DNA from: Actinophytocola sp.
GTDB lineage: Bacteria > Actinomycetota > Actinomycetes > Mycobacteriales > Pseudonocardiaceae
Direction: 5' to 3'
DNA length: 64,000 nt
Assembly: GCA_009379975.1 (NCBI GenBank)
Contig: WHSS01000003.1
Location: 156 to 64,155 of the forward strand
Position 1 is the stretch's first letter; every line of letters begins with the position of its first letter. Positions 8,815 through 17,659 of this stretch are shown here, piece by piece. The position numbers and the translations under genes were made by a program. Under the pieces are notes generated by a model. It saw nothing but the letters and a program-made list of their open reading frames with translations, was not told where the DNA came from and ran no database searches.

Positions 8815-9975
8815 TCAGTACGACTTGGGCAAGCCAAGGCTATGTTGCGCGACGAAGTTCAGGATCATCTCCCTGCTGACCGGGGCCACCCGGCCGACCC
8901 GCACCGCCGCGATCATGCCGCCCAGGCCGTACTCCGTCGCGAACCCGTTGCCACCGTGGGTGTGCACCGCCTGGTCGACCGCGCGGATCGCGACCTCCGC
9001 CGCGGCGTACTTGGCCATGTTCGCCGCTTCGCCCGCACCGAGGTCGTCACCGGCGTCGTAGAGCGCGGCGGCCTTCTGCGTCATCAGCCGGGCGAGCTCG
9101 AGCTCGATCTTGATCTGCGCGAGCGGATGCGCGATGCCCTGGTGGGATCCGATCGGCGCACCCCAGACGCTGCGGGACTTGGCGTACTCGGTCGCCTTCG
9201 CCAGGGCCAGCCGCGCCAGGCCGAGCGAGAACGACGCACCCATGATCCGCTCCGGGTTGAGCCCGGCGAACAGTTGCAGCAGCGCGGTATCGGTGTTCTC
9301 GCCGACCAGCGCGTCGGCGGGAAGCCGTATGTCGTCGAAGAACAGGCCGAACTGCTTGTCCGCCGAGATGATGTCCATCTCGATCTGTTTGGCCTCGAAC
9401 CCGGGCGCGTCGGTGGGAACGATGAACAGGGCGGGCTTCAGCTTGCCCGTCTTGGCATCCTCCGAGCGACCGACGACCAGCACCGCCTCAGACTCGTCAA
9501 CGCCCGAAATGAACACCTTCTGGCCGCTGAGGATCCAGTCGTCACCGTCGCGCCGTGCCGTGGTGGTGATCTTATGGGAGTTGGAACCCGCGTCCGGCTC
9601 GGTGATCGCGAACGCCATCCGGACCTCCCCGTTCGCGAACCGGGGCAGCCACCGCTGCTTCTGCGCGTCGGTGCCGTAGCGGGCGATCACCGTGCCGCAG
9701 ATCGCCGGCGAGACGACCATGAGCAGCAGCGGCGTCCCCGCGGCGCAGAACTCCTCACAGACCGCGGCCAGATCGCCGATGTTGCCGCCACCACCGCCAT
9801 AAGCCTCGGGCACGGCGACGCCCATGTAGCCGAGCTTGCCCGCCTCGTCCCAGAGCTCGTTGGTGTGACCGCCGCTGCGGGCCAGCTTCATGTAGTACTC
9901 GTGGCCGTACTTGGTGCCCAGCTCGTAGACGGCCTGCCGCAGCGCCGTGCGCTCCTCGGATTCGGTGAAGTTCAC
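8815..9975 (-). CDS. acyl-CoA dehydrogenase
   Basis: Typical ACAD sequence throughout (ARSGGHTNELWDEAGKLGYMG..., C-terminal GGNGFATEYGL). The likely start is the GTG at 9975, preceded by AGGAGGAAGG. The track ORF extends to 10038. Confidence 0.85.
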   Translation of the reverse strand: MNFTESEERTALRQAVYELGTKYGHEYYMKLARSGGHTNELWDEAGKLGYMGVAVPEAYGGGGGNIGDLAAVCEEFCAAGTPLLLMVVSPAICGTVIARYGTDAQKQRWLPRFANGEVRMAFAITEPDAGSNSHKITTTARRDGDDWILSGQKVFISGVDESEAVLVVGRSEDAKTGKLKPALFIVPTDAPGFEAKQIEMDIISADKQFGLFFDDIRLPADALVGENTDTALLQLFAGLNPERIMGASFSLGLARLALAKATEYAKSRSVWGAPIGSHQGIAHPLAQIKIELELARLMTQKAAALYDAGDDLGAGEAANMAKYAAAEVAIRAVDQAVHTHGGNGFATEYGLGGMIAAVRVGRVAPVSREMILNFVAQHSLGLPKSY

Positions 9976-9999
9976 GTTCGTTCCTTCCTCCTGGTTCGG

Positions 10000-10045
10000 G
10001 TCGTGAGTGATTTCCGTTGCCGGAGCACTGCTGATCACTCACGAC
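10000..10045. repeat. palindromic repeat family C, partial copy (GTCGTGAGTGAT-N22-ATCACTCACGAC)
   Basis: Perfect 12-bp inverted arms. The segment CGTTGCCGGAGCACTGCTGATCACTCACGAC resembles CGTTGCCCCGGCACGCTTGATCACTCACGAC at 29409-29439. The TGA stop of the carboxylase alpha subunit (10039-10041) lies inside the right arm. Confidence 0.7.
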
Positions 10046-12060
10046 GCGGTGGCGGCCTGCACTACTGCGAGGACCGTGCCGACATCGACCTGCTGGCCTG
10101 CTTTCACGTTGAGCTCGGCTACCACCCCGTCGGCGGGCGCCGCGATCTGGTGTTCCATCTTCATCGCCTCGAGCCACAGCAGCGGCTGCCCGGCCCGCAC
10201 GTCTTGGCCCGACTCGACGGCGACCCGCAGCACCGATCCCGGCATGGGCGCGAGCAGCGAGCCCGCGGGGAGCGCCGCCTCCGGGTCGGTGTATCTCGGC
10301 TGCCGGGTCAGGCTCACCGAACCCAGCGGTGAGTCCACGCAGCGCAGCTCCCCGTAGCGCGCGACGTTGAAGGTGCGCCGCACGCCGTCGACACCGAGCA
10401 CTACTCGGTCCGGCGCCGCCGAGATGAGCTCGACGCCTTCGTAGTCCGGAGCCACCAGGCCCGATCGGCCGATCCGGTACGCCACGTCGTAGCTCTCGTC
10501 GCCCGCCGCATACCTCTTGCGCTGCGGCTGTGACGGCACATTGCGCCAGCCGCCGGGCAGCCCGCCCAGCACCTTCGCGTCCTGACGGCCCGCCGCCGCG
10601 TCGGCCAGCGCCGCGGCCAGTGCCCCGAGCTTGCGAGCGGCTTCGTCTGCCAGCGGCGTAGCGAGCACGTCGAGCCCGTGCCGGTCGAAGAACGCCGTGT
10701 CGGTCTCGCCCGCCAGGAACGCCGGATGCCGCAGGACGTTGACCAGCAGATCGCGGTTGGTCATGACGCCGTGGATGGTGGCTGCCGACAAGGCCGCCGC
10801 GAGGCTGCGAGCCGCTTCGGCCCTGGTTGGCGCCCAGGCGATCACCTTGGCCAGCATCGGGTCGTAGTGCACGCCCACTACGGAGCCGCTCTCAAATCCG
10901 GAGTCGAGCCGGACGCCCGACTCGGCCTGAGCGCCGCCCGCCGCGCTCGCGCCGAAGGTGTTCGCGGCACGGGGCACCTCGAACGCGTGCAGCGTCCCGC
11001 TCTGCGGCTGCCAATCCTTGGCAGCATCCTCCGCGTAGAGCCGCGCCTCGATCGCATGACCGCGCGTCGCGGGCGGGTCCGCGGGGAGCTGCTCGCCTTC
11101 GGCGACGCGAAGTTGCAGCGCGACGAGGTCGACGCCGGTCGTGCACTCGGTGACCGGGTGTTCGACCTGCAGCCGGGTGTTCATCTCGAGGAAGAAGAAC
11201 TCGCCAGCATCGGTCGCACGGGGGGTGGGCCCCTCGGAGAGGGGGGTGGGAGCAACAATGAACTCGACGGTGCCCGCACCGACGTAATCGATCGCCTTGG
11301 CCGCCTTGCGGGCCGCGTCGAAGAGTTCCTCGCGCATGCGGCTATCGACCAGCGGCGACGGTGCTTCCTCGATGACCTTCTGGTGCCTGCGCTGGATCGA
11401 GCACTCCCGCTCGCCGATGGCCCAGACTGTGCCGTGTTGATCGGCCAGCACCTGCACCTCGATGTGCCTGCCGGTCGCGAGGTAGCGCTCGCAGAACACC
11501 GTGGAGTCGCCGAACGCGGAACCGGCCTCGGCTTCGGCGCTGGCGATGGCGTCGGACAGCGCGGCGAGCTCCCGCACCACGCGCATGCCCCGGCCGCCGC
11601 CGCCCGCGGAGGCTTTGACCAGCACGGGCAGGTCCGCTTCGGTGACCTCGTCGGGGTCCAGCTCGGCCAGTACGGGTACGCCCGCGTCGGCCATCAGCCG
11701 TTTGGACACCACCTTCGAGCCCATCGACGCGATCGCGGCGGGCGGCGGGCCGATCCAGGTCAGGCCGGCGTCGATGACCGCCCGCGCGAAGGCCTCGTTC
11801 TCCGACAGGAAGCCGTAGCCGGGATGGATCGCGTCCGCTCCGGTGTGTTGTGCGGCTCGCACCAGGAGCGCCGGGCGCAGATACGTCTCGGACGGCGTGT
11901 TGCCCGGCAACCGCACTGCTGCGTCAGCCGCACTGGCATGCGGGAGTTCGGCATCGGCGTCGGAGTAGACCGCGACCGTGCCGACACCGAGCTCCGCGCA
12001 CGTACGGAAGACGCGCCGGGCGATCTCGCCGCGGTTGGCGACCAGTACCCGGGCGATCAT
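10039..12060 (-). CDS. acyl-CoA carboxylase alpha subunit (biotin carboxylase + BCCP)
   Basis: MIARVLVANRGEIARRV, an ATP-grasp core, and the C-terminal biotinylation motif EAMKME. Similar to methylcrotonyl/geranyl-CoA carboxylase alpha (AtuF/LiuD, mycobacterial AccA2-like). Confidence 0.9.
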   Translation of the reverse strand: MIARVLVANRGEIARRVFRTCAELGVGTVAVYSDADAELPHASAADAAVRLPGNTPSETYLRPALLVRAAQHTGADAIHPGYGFLSENEAFARAVIDAGLTWIGPPPAAIASMGSKVVSKRLMADAGVPVLAELDPDEVTEADLPVLVKASAGGGGRGMRVVRELAALSDAIASAEAEAGSAFGDSTVFCERYLATGRHIEVQVLADQHGTVWAIGERECSIQRRHQKVIEEAPSPLVDSRMREELFDAARKAAKAIDYVGAGTVEFIVAPTPLSEGPTPRATDAGEFFFLEMNTRLQVEHPVTECTTGVDLVALQLRVAEGEQLPADPPATRGHAIEARLYAEDAAKDWQPQSGTLHAFEVPRAANTFGASAAGGAQAESGVRLDSGFESGSVVGVHYDPMLAKVIAWAPTRAEAARSLAAALSAATIHGVMTNRDLLVNVLRHPAFLAGETDTAFFDRHGLDVLATPLADEAARKLGALAAALADAAAGRQDAKVLGGLPGGWRNVPSQPQRKRYAAGDESYDVAYRIGRSGLVAPDYEGVELISAAPDRVVLGVDGVRRTFNVARYGELRCVDSPLGSVSLTRQPRYTDPEAALPAGSLLAPMPGSVLRVAVESGQDVRAGQPLLWLEAMKMEHQIAAPADGVVAELNVKAGQQVDVGTVLAVVQAATAS

Positions 12061-12075
12061 GCCGCCACCCCCGAT

Positions 12076-12158
12076 GCGCTGAAAGACGCTTTCAGTCCGT
12101 TGGACGGACTGAAAGGGCCACTCACTCCGTTGAGCGGACTGAAAGCGTCTTTCAGCGC
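12076..12158. repeat. palindromic intergenic repeat, family A, copy 2
   Basis: GCGCTGAAAGACGCTTTCAGTCCGTTGGACGGACTGAAAGGGCCACTCACTCCGTTGAGCGGACTGAAAGCGTCTTTCAGCGC. It lies inside the operon between the carboxylase beta and alpha genes. Confidence 0.9.
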
Positions 12159-12165
12159 GGTGGGG

Positions 12166-13764
12166 TTACATGCGGAAGACGCCATAGCGCTGCGCTCCTT
12201 TGAACTCGGCGTTGTGGATGGCGGAGAGGCTCATGCCGAGCACGGTGCGGCTGTCGCGCGGATCGATGATCCCGTCGTCATAGAGCATCCCGGACAGGAA
12301 CATCGGCAGCGACTCCGCTTCGATCTGGCCCTCGACCATGGCGCGCATCGCGGCGTCGTTTTCCTCGCTGTAGTCCGCGCCCCTGCTCTCGGCGGCGGCC
12401 CTTGCCACGATCGACAGCACGCCCGCAAGCTGCTGCGCCCCCATCACCGCCGATTTCGCGCTGGGCCAGGCGAACAGGAACCGTGGATCGTAGGCCCGCC
12501 CGCACATGCCGTAATGGCCCGCGCCGTACGACGCACCGATCAGCATGGAGATGTGCGGGACGGTCGAGTTCGACACCGCGTTGATCATCATCGCGCCGTG
12601 CTTGATGATCCCCTTCTGCTCGTACTCCTTACCGACCATGTAGCCGGTGGTGTTATGCAGGAACAGCAGCGGCGTGTTGCTCTGGTTGGCGAGCTGGATG
12701 AACTGGGTGGCCTTCTGTGATTCCTCGCTGAAGAGCACGCCTCGCGCGTTGGCGAGGATCCCGACCGGGTAACCGTGGACCTCGGCCCAGCCCGTCACCA
12801 GGCTCGACCCGTACAGCGGCTTGAACTCGTCGAACTCCGAGCCGTCGACGACGCGAGCGATCACCTCGCGCGGGTCGAACGGGATCTTGAGATCGGTCGG
12901 CACGATGCCGAGCAGGTCCTCGGCGTCGTAGCGCGGCTCGGTGTAGCGGGCCTTCGGGCTCGGACCGCGCTTGTGCCAGTTCAGCCTGCGGATGATGCTG
13001 CGGCCGAGCCGGATCGCGTCCTCTTCGTCGACCGCGAGGTAGTCGGCCAGCCCCGACGTCCTGGCGTGCATCTCCGCACCGCCGAGCGACTCGTCGTCGG
13101 ACTCCTCACCGGTCGCCATCTTCACCAGCGGCGGCCCGCCGAGGAAGACCTTCGCCTTCTCCTTGACCATCACCACGTAGTCCGACATGCCGGGCAGGTA
13201 CGCGCCGCCAGCCGTCGAGTTGCCGAACACCAGCGCCACCGTCGGCACCTGCCTGGCGGACGAGCGCGTGATGTCGCGGAAGGTCCGGCCGCCGGGGATG
13301 AAGATCTCCTTCTGCGTCGGCAGATCCGCGCCGCCGGACTCGACGAGGTTGATCGTCGGCAGCCGGTTCTGCGCCGCGATGTCGGCCGCCCGGAAGCCCT
13401 TCTTGACGCTCCACGGGTTCATCGACCCGCCCTTGACCGTCGGGTCACTCGCGATGATCATGCACTCGACGCCCTCGACCACCCCGATGCCGGTGACGAT
13501 GCTGGCGCCCACCTTGTAGTCAGAGCCCCAAGCCGCGAGCGGCGAGAGCTCCATGAAGGGCGAGTCCTCGTCGATGAGCAGCTCGATGCGCTCGCGAGCG
13601 AGCAGTTTGCCGCGCTTGCGGTGCCGCTCGGTGTACTTCTCGCCGCCACCCTCGATCGCCTTGGCGTGCTCGGTTTCGATCTCATCGAGCTTGGCGAGCA
13701 TCGCTTCGCGGTAGGCCGCGTAGTCCTCGGACGTGACGTCGACCGTCGTCTTCAGCGCGCTCAT
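12166..13764 (-). CDS. acyl-CoA carboxylase beta subunit (carboxyltransferase)
   Basis: 532 aa and a typical carboxyltransferase (GGSMNPWSVKKG.., GNSTAGGAYLPGMSD, ANARGVLFSE). AtuC/LiuB/AccD2-like. The ATG overlaps the upstream stop (ATGA at 13761-13764). Confidence 0.9.
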   Translation of the reverse strand: MSALKTTVDVTSEDYAAYREAMLAKLDEIETEHAKAIEGGGEKYTERHRKRGKLLARERIELLIDEDSPFMELSPLAAWGSDYKVGASIVTGIGVVEGVECMIIASDPTVKGGSMNPWSVKKGFRAADIAAQNRLPTINLVESGGADLPTQKEIFIPGGRTFRDITRSSARQVPTVALVFGNSTAGGAYLPGMSDYVVMVKEKAKVFLGGPPLVKMATGEESDDESLGGAEMHARTSGLADYLAVDEEDAIRLGRSIIRRLNWHKRGPSPKARYTEPRYDAEDLLGIVPTDLKIPFDPREVIARVVDGSEFDEFKPLYGSSLVTGWAEVHGYPVGILANARGVLFSEESQKATQFIQLANQSNTPLLFLHNTTGYMVGKEYEQKGIIKHGAMMINAVSNSTVPHISMLIGASYGAGHYGMCGRAYDPRFLFAWPSAKSAVMGAQQLAGVLSIVARAAAESRGADYSEENDAAMRAMVEGQIEAESLPMFLSGMLYDDGIIDPRDSRTVLGMSLSAIHNAEFKGAQRYGVFRM

Positions 13765-14918
13765 GTCGTGTACCCCAGCAGCTTCGCCGCTAGACCGGTC
13801 ATGATCTCGTTGGTGCCGCCCCCGATGCCGAGAATGCGCATGTCCCGGTATTGCCGCTCGACCTCGGACTCCCGCATATAGCCGATGCCTCCATGGAGCT
13901 GAACGGCTTCATTGGCCACCCACTCCCCCGCCTCCACCGCGGTGTTCTTCGCGAAGGTGACCTCGACCAGCACGTTCTCGCCCGCGACGTAGCGGGCCGC
14001 GAGATCGCGCGTATAGACCCGGGCGACGTCGGTCTTGCGGGCCATCTCGGCGAGCTTGTGCTGCACCAGCTGGCGCGAGATCAGGGGGCGACCGAACGTC
14101 TCCCGGTTGCGGCACCACTCCACGGTGAGATCGAGACACCGTTGCGCCGCGGAATACGCCTGCACCGCCAGGCTCAGCCGTTCGGTGACGAAGTTCTGCG
14201 CGATCTGGATGAACCCCGTGTTCTCCTCGCCGACCAGGTTCGCGGCGGGCGCCCGACAATCCACAAAGGACAGCTCTGCGGTATCCGAAGCCAGCCAGCC
14301 CATCTTGTCCAGCTTGCGGGACACCGTGAAGCCAGGCGTGTCCCGCTCGACGACGAGCAACGAGATCCCGTGCGCGCCGGGGTCGCCGGTCCGCACCGCG
14401 GTCGTGACGAAGTCGGCGCGGCACCCCGAGGTGATGAACGTCTTCGCGCCGTTGACGATGTAGTCGTCGCCGTCGCGCTTTGCGGTGGCGCGGATGCCCG
14501 CGACGTCGGAGCCGCCATCGGGTTCGGTGATCGCCAGCGACCCGATCAGCTCGCCAGCCAGCGTCGGCCGCACCCACCGATCGATGTGAGCGGCCTCGCC
14601 CGCCGTCGAGATATGTGGCAGTGCGATGCCGTGGGTGAACAGCGAAGCCTGCACACCGCCGGACGCGCCCGAGTAGCCCATCTCCTCGGCGAGAACCAGC
14701 GAGTCGATGACGTCCCCGCCTCCGCCGCCTTGCTCCTCGGGGAAGGACAGCCCCAGCAGGCCGATCGCACCCGCCTTGCGGTGCAGCTCGCGCGGCAGCT
14801 CGCCGGTCCGCTCCCACTCGTCCTGGTGCGGCAGTATCTCCTCCCGCACGAATCTCCGTACGGTTTCGCGAAGCGCCTTCCGCTCCGGCGTGTCGAACGG
14901 CGTCAAAGCAGAACTCAC
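13761..14918 (-). CDS. acyl-CoA dehydrogenase
   Basis: ACAD sequence from VSSALTPFDTPERKALRETVRRF onward. The GTG at 14918 is preceded by GGAGG and overlaps the upstream stop (GTGA at 14915-14918). The longer track ORF (to 15149) overlaps the AtuA-like gene and is rejected. Confidence 0.85.
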   Translation of the reverse strand: MSSALTPFDTPERKALRETVRRFVREEILPHQDEWERTGELPRELHRKAGAIGLLGLSFPEEQGGGGGDVIDSLVLAEEMGYSGASGGVQASLFTHGIALPHISTAGEAAHIDRWVRPTLAGELIGSLAITEPDGGSDVAGIRATAKRDGDDYIVNGAKTFITSGCRADFVTTAVRTGDPGAHGISLLVVERDTPGFTVSRKLDKMGWLASDTAELSFVDCRAPAANLVGEENTGFIQIAQNFVTERLSLAVQAYSAAQRCLDLTVEWCRNRETFGRPLISRQLVQHKLAEMARKTDVARVYTRDLAARYVAGENVLVEVTFAKNTAVEAGEWVANEAVQLHGGIGYMRESEVERQYRDMRILGIGGGTNEIMTGLAAKLLGYTT

Positions 14919-16609
14919 AGGAGAACCTCCGGGATTTCGATGTGCCGGCTTCTGAGCCACTCGCCGAGTGCCTTGGCCTGCGGGTCGAACCGGGCCTGGG
15001 AGGCGACTCCCTGCCCGAGAATGTCCTCGACGACGAAGTTCAGCGCGCGCAGCTTCGGCAGCACGTGCCTGCGTACCGGCAACTCCGCCGTCTCGGGCAG
15101 CAGCCGCTGGAACTCGTCGACGGTGAGCGTGTGCGCAAGCCAGCGCCATGCCTCGTCAGTCCGCGCCCAGACACCGAGGTTCGCGCTGCCACCCTTGTCT
15201 CCGCTGCGGGCGCCGACGACCGCGCCCAGGGGCGCGCGCCGGGTCGGGCCCGCGGGAAGCGGCTCAGGCAGCCCTGGCTCGTCGACATCGGCCAGGGCAC
15301 TGGTGCTCGCCGCGGGTTCGATATCGACGCGCGAACCGTCGGGCAGGACCGCGACGTGCGGCACCGCCTTCGCGTCCACGAACGCCGCCGTGTAGACGCC
15401 GTACGGCGTCGCGTCCGAAGGCGGAGCGGTCACGTTGAACCCCGGGTAGCTAGCCAGCGCGAGCTCGATGGCGGCGCCGCTGAACGGCCTGCCGACCACC
15501 TGCGCGTCCGAATCCTTCACCACGCAATGCAGGAAGGCGCTGGCCTCCTCCTCGGTGCCGGCGTCGGCGTGATCGGTGCGAGCCAGCGTCCACCGCACTT
15601 CGGCTGGCGGCTTGTCCCGTAGCGCCCCGGCCATCTGCTCCTTGACCAGCGCGGCCTTCGCGTCGATGTCCAGCCCGGTGAGCACGAAGGTGACCGCGTT
15701 GCGGAACCCGCCGAGCGCGTTGAGGCATACCTTGAGCTCTGGCGGTGGCGGCTCACCCTGCACGCCCGTGATGCGCACCCGGCCCGGGCCGTTGTCAGCG
15801 ACCTCGATCGTGTCGAAGCGAGCCGTCACATCCGGCCCGGCGTAGCGCGCGCCCGCGATCTCGTAAAGCAACTGTGCCGTAACGGTTTCGGCCGTGACGG
15901 CGCCCCCGGCGCCCTCGTGCTTGGTGATCACGCACGAGCCGTCCTCGGACACCTCCGCGATCGGGAAGCCAGCATGGAGCAGCGAGGGCAGCTCGGTGAA
16001 GAAGGCATAGTTGCCGCCGGTGGCCTGCGTGCCGCACTCGATGACATGCCCGGCGACCACGGCGCCCGCAAGCTCGTCATAGTCGTCCCGGGACCAGCCG
16101 AAGTGAGCCGCGGCCGGACCGACGACGAGCGACGCGTCCGTCACCCTGCCGGTGACGACGACATCTGCGCCTGCGTTCAGGCACTCGGCGATGCCCCACG
16201 CGCCCAGATACGCATTCGCCGTCAGCGGCGAGCCGAGGTCGAGTTCGTCGGTTCGCGTGCGCAGATCGTCGCCCTCGACATGCGCGATCGCCGCGTCGAC
16301 CCCGAGCTCGTCGGCCAGTTCGCGCAGGGCGTCAGCGAGCCCGGCCGGGTTGAGCCCGCCCGCGTTCACCACGATCTTGACGCCTTTGTTCTTGGCAAGC
16401 GCCAGGTTCTCCCTCATCTGCCTCAGGAACGTCTTGGCGTAGCCACGGTTCGGGTCCTTCATCAGGTCCCTGCCGAGGATCAGCATGGTGAGCTCGGCCA
16501 GATAGTCACCGGTGAGCACATCGAGCTCGCCGCCGTTGAGCATCTCCGCGATGGCGGAGAACCGGTCGCCGTAGAACCCGGACGCGTTACCGATACGGAT
16601 CGGCGTCAT
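14915..16609 (-). CDS. acyclic terpene utilization AtuA family protein (DUF1446)
   Basis: The N-terminus MTPIRIGNASGFYGDRFSAIAEMLNGGELDVLTGDYLAELTM is the AtuA/DUF1446 signature as I remember it. At 564 aa it matches the family size. Confidence 0.75.
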   Translation of the reverse strand: MTPIRIGNASGFYGDRFSAIAEMLNGGELDVLTGDYLAELTMLILGRDLMKDPNRGYAKTFLRQMRENLALAKNKGVKIVVNAGGLNPAGLADALRELADELGVDAAIAHVEGDDLRTRTDELDLGSPLTANAYLGAWGIAECLNAGADVVVTGRVTDASLVVGPAAAHFGWSRDDYDELAGAVVAGHVIECGTQATGGNYAFFTELPSLLHAGFPIAEVSEDGSCVITKHEGAGGAVTAETVTAQLLYEIAGARYAGPDVTARFDTIEVADNGPGRVRITGVQGEPPPPELKVCLNALGGFRNAVTFVLTGLDIDAKAALVKEQMAGALRDKPPAEVRWTLARTDHADAGTEEEASAFLHCVVKDSDAQVVGRPFSGAAIELALASYPGFNVTAPPSDATPYGVYTAAFVDAKAVPHVAVLPDGSRVDIEPAASTSALADVDEPGLPEPLPAGPTRRAPLGAVVGARSGDKGGSANLGVWARTDEAWRWLAHTLTVDEFQRLLPETAELPVRRHVLPKLRALNFVVEDILGQGVASQARFDPQAKALGEWLRSRHIEIPEVLL

Positions 16610-17550
16610 GCGAACTGACCTCCGTGCCTTCCTGAACTCGCCGGATCGTCGGCTATCGCGGCACCTTCGATCCGCCCGTCGCCAATTCGACCACTCAAGC
16701 GAGCCTCCGGCCCGCCCTCGCTAGGCCGACGACGCTCCCGCGAGGGCCTTCCTGAACCCTCCCGCGTGGGTTTCCTGCCGTTCCCGGGCGGGCCGGCGAA
16801 AGCCTGCGCGATACTCAGCCACTCCTCGGCGGCGGCGCCCTGCGCGGTGACATCGGTGTCGTCACGATGCCTGCGCTGCGTCACCAGCAGGCAGAAGTCG
16901 AGCGCGCGGCCGGTCACTCGCTCCGACGCGTCTTCCGGCCCCCAGGTCCAGGTTTGGCCGTCGGGAGCGGTCAACACCACTCGGATTTCCTCACTGGGCG
17001 CCGGCAGCCCGTTCACCGCGTAGGCGAAGCCCCGTGCGCGGACGCCGATGTGAGCCACGTGCCGCAGCCGGGAGGTCGGCACCCGGACCACACCGAGCGC
17101 GTCCGCGACGTCCTGGCAGTGCGCCCAGGTCTCCATGATCCGTGCGGTCGCCATCGACGCCGAACTCATCGGCGGGCCGAACCACGGCACCTTGGTTCCC
17201 TCGGGTACCGCGGCCAGTGCGTCATTGAGCTCGGTCCGACCCGCCCGCCAGGCGGCGAGCAGTTCGGCGGGTGGCTGCTTCGCACCCTCGGCGGCACCTT
17301 CGTCGACCAGGTCCGCTGGGTTGGCCACCGAAGCGAGGCTCTGGAGCCGCTCGGCGAACTCCTCGGGGCGTGTTACCGCCACCAGCGACTGTTCATCGGT
17401 CCACGCCAGATGCGCGATCTGGTGCGCGATCGTCCAGCCCTCGGCGGGGGTATCCAGCGCCCATTGTTCCTCGGCCAACCCGCTGACCAGGTCGTCGAGC
17501 TCGCCGCTCTCGGCAGCGAGATCCGGCAGGACGGAACGAACGTCGACCAT
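16606..17550 (-). CDS. DinB/mycothiol-maleylpyruvate-isomerase-N-like metal-binding protein (TIGR03084-like) with an Arg/Gly/Pro-rich C-terminal tail
   Basis: MVDVRSVLPDLAAESGELDDLVSGLAEEQWALDTPAEGWTIAHQIAHLAWTD. The ATG at 17550 is preceded by GGAGG. The stop overlaps the AtuA-like start (ATGA at 16606-16609). Confidence 0.65.
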   Translation of the reverse strand: MVDVRSVLPDLAAESGELDDLVSGLAEEQWALDTPAEGWTIAHQIAHLAWTDEQSLVAVTRPEEFAERLQSLASVANPADLVDEGAAEGAKQPPAELLAAWRAGRTELNDALAAVPEGTKVPWFGPPMSSASMATARIMETWAHCQDVADALGVVRVPTSRLRHVAHIGVRARGFAYAVNGLPAPSEEIRVVLTAPDGQTWTWGPEDASERVTGRALDFCLLVTQRRHRDDTDVTAQGAAAEEWLSIAQAFAGPPGNGRKPTREGSGRPSRERRRPSEGGPEARLSGRIGDGRIEGAAIADDPASSGRHGGQFA

Positions 17551-17602
17551 GCGCACCTCCGTGGGTATCTCTGGCCAGCCTCGCATCCGGTCCAGAAAAA
17601 AG

Positions 17603-17618
17603 CAAGCACGCGTGCTTG
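17603..17618. promoter_or_regulatory. perfect 16-bp palindrome CAAGCACGCGTGCTTG, candidate operator of the catabolic operon
   Basis: It lies 53-68 nt upstream of the first operon gene (start 17550) and next to an A-rich tract. Its size and symmetry fit a dimeric HTH (for example TetR) operator. Confidence 0.4.
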
Positions 17619-17659
17619 TTTCGTTCTACCTCGTAGTCCTGTTTACGTAGCTTCCGGAC

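Noticed and set aside
10678-12720. Very long ORFs antisense to confidently assigned genes. Examples: 135-1124 +, 10678-12720 +, 19339-20487 -, 33711-35519 +, 55363-57531 +, 59553-61952 -.
   Set aside because: They lie opposite genes with clear family motifs. Their translations are Arg/Gly/Pro/His-rich low-complexity sequence. They are the expected stop-poor shadow frames of GC-rich DNA.
14919-15149. 77-codon N-terminal extension of the second ACAD ORF, overlapping the AtuA-like gene.
   Set aside because: The extension is Arg/Ala-rich nonsense that overlaps a well-supported CDS. The GTG at 14918, with GGAGG and a GTGA overlap, fits the coupling pattern of the operon.
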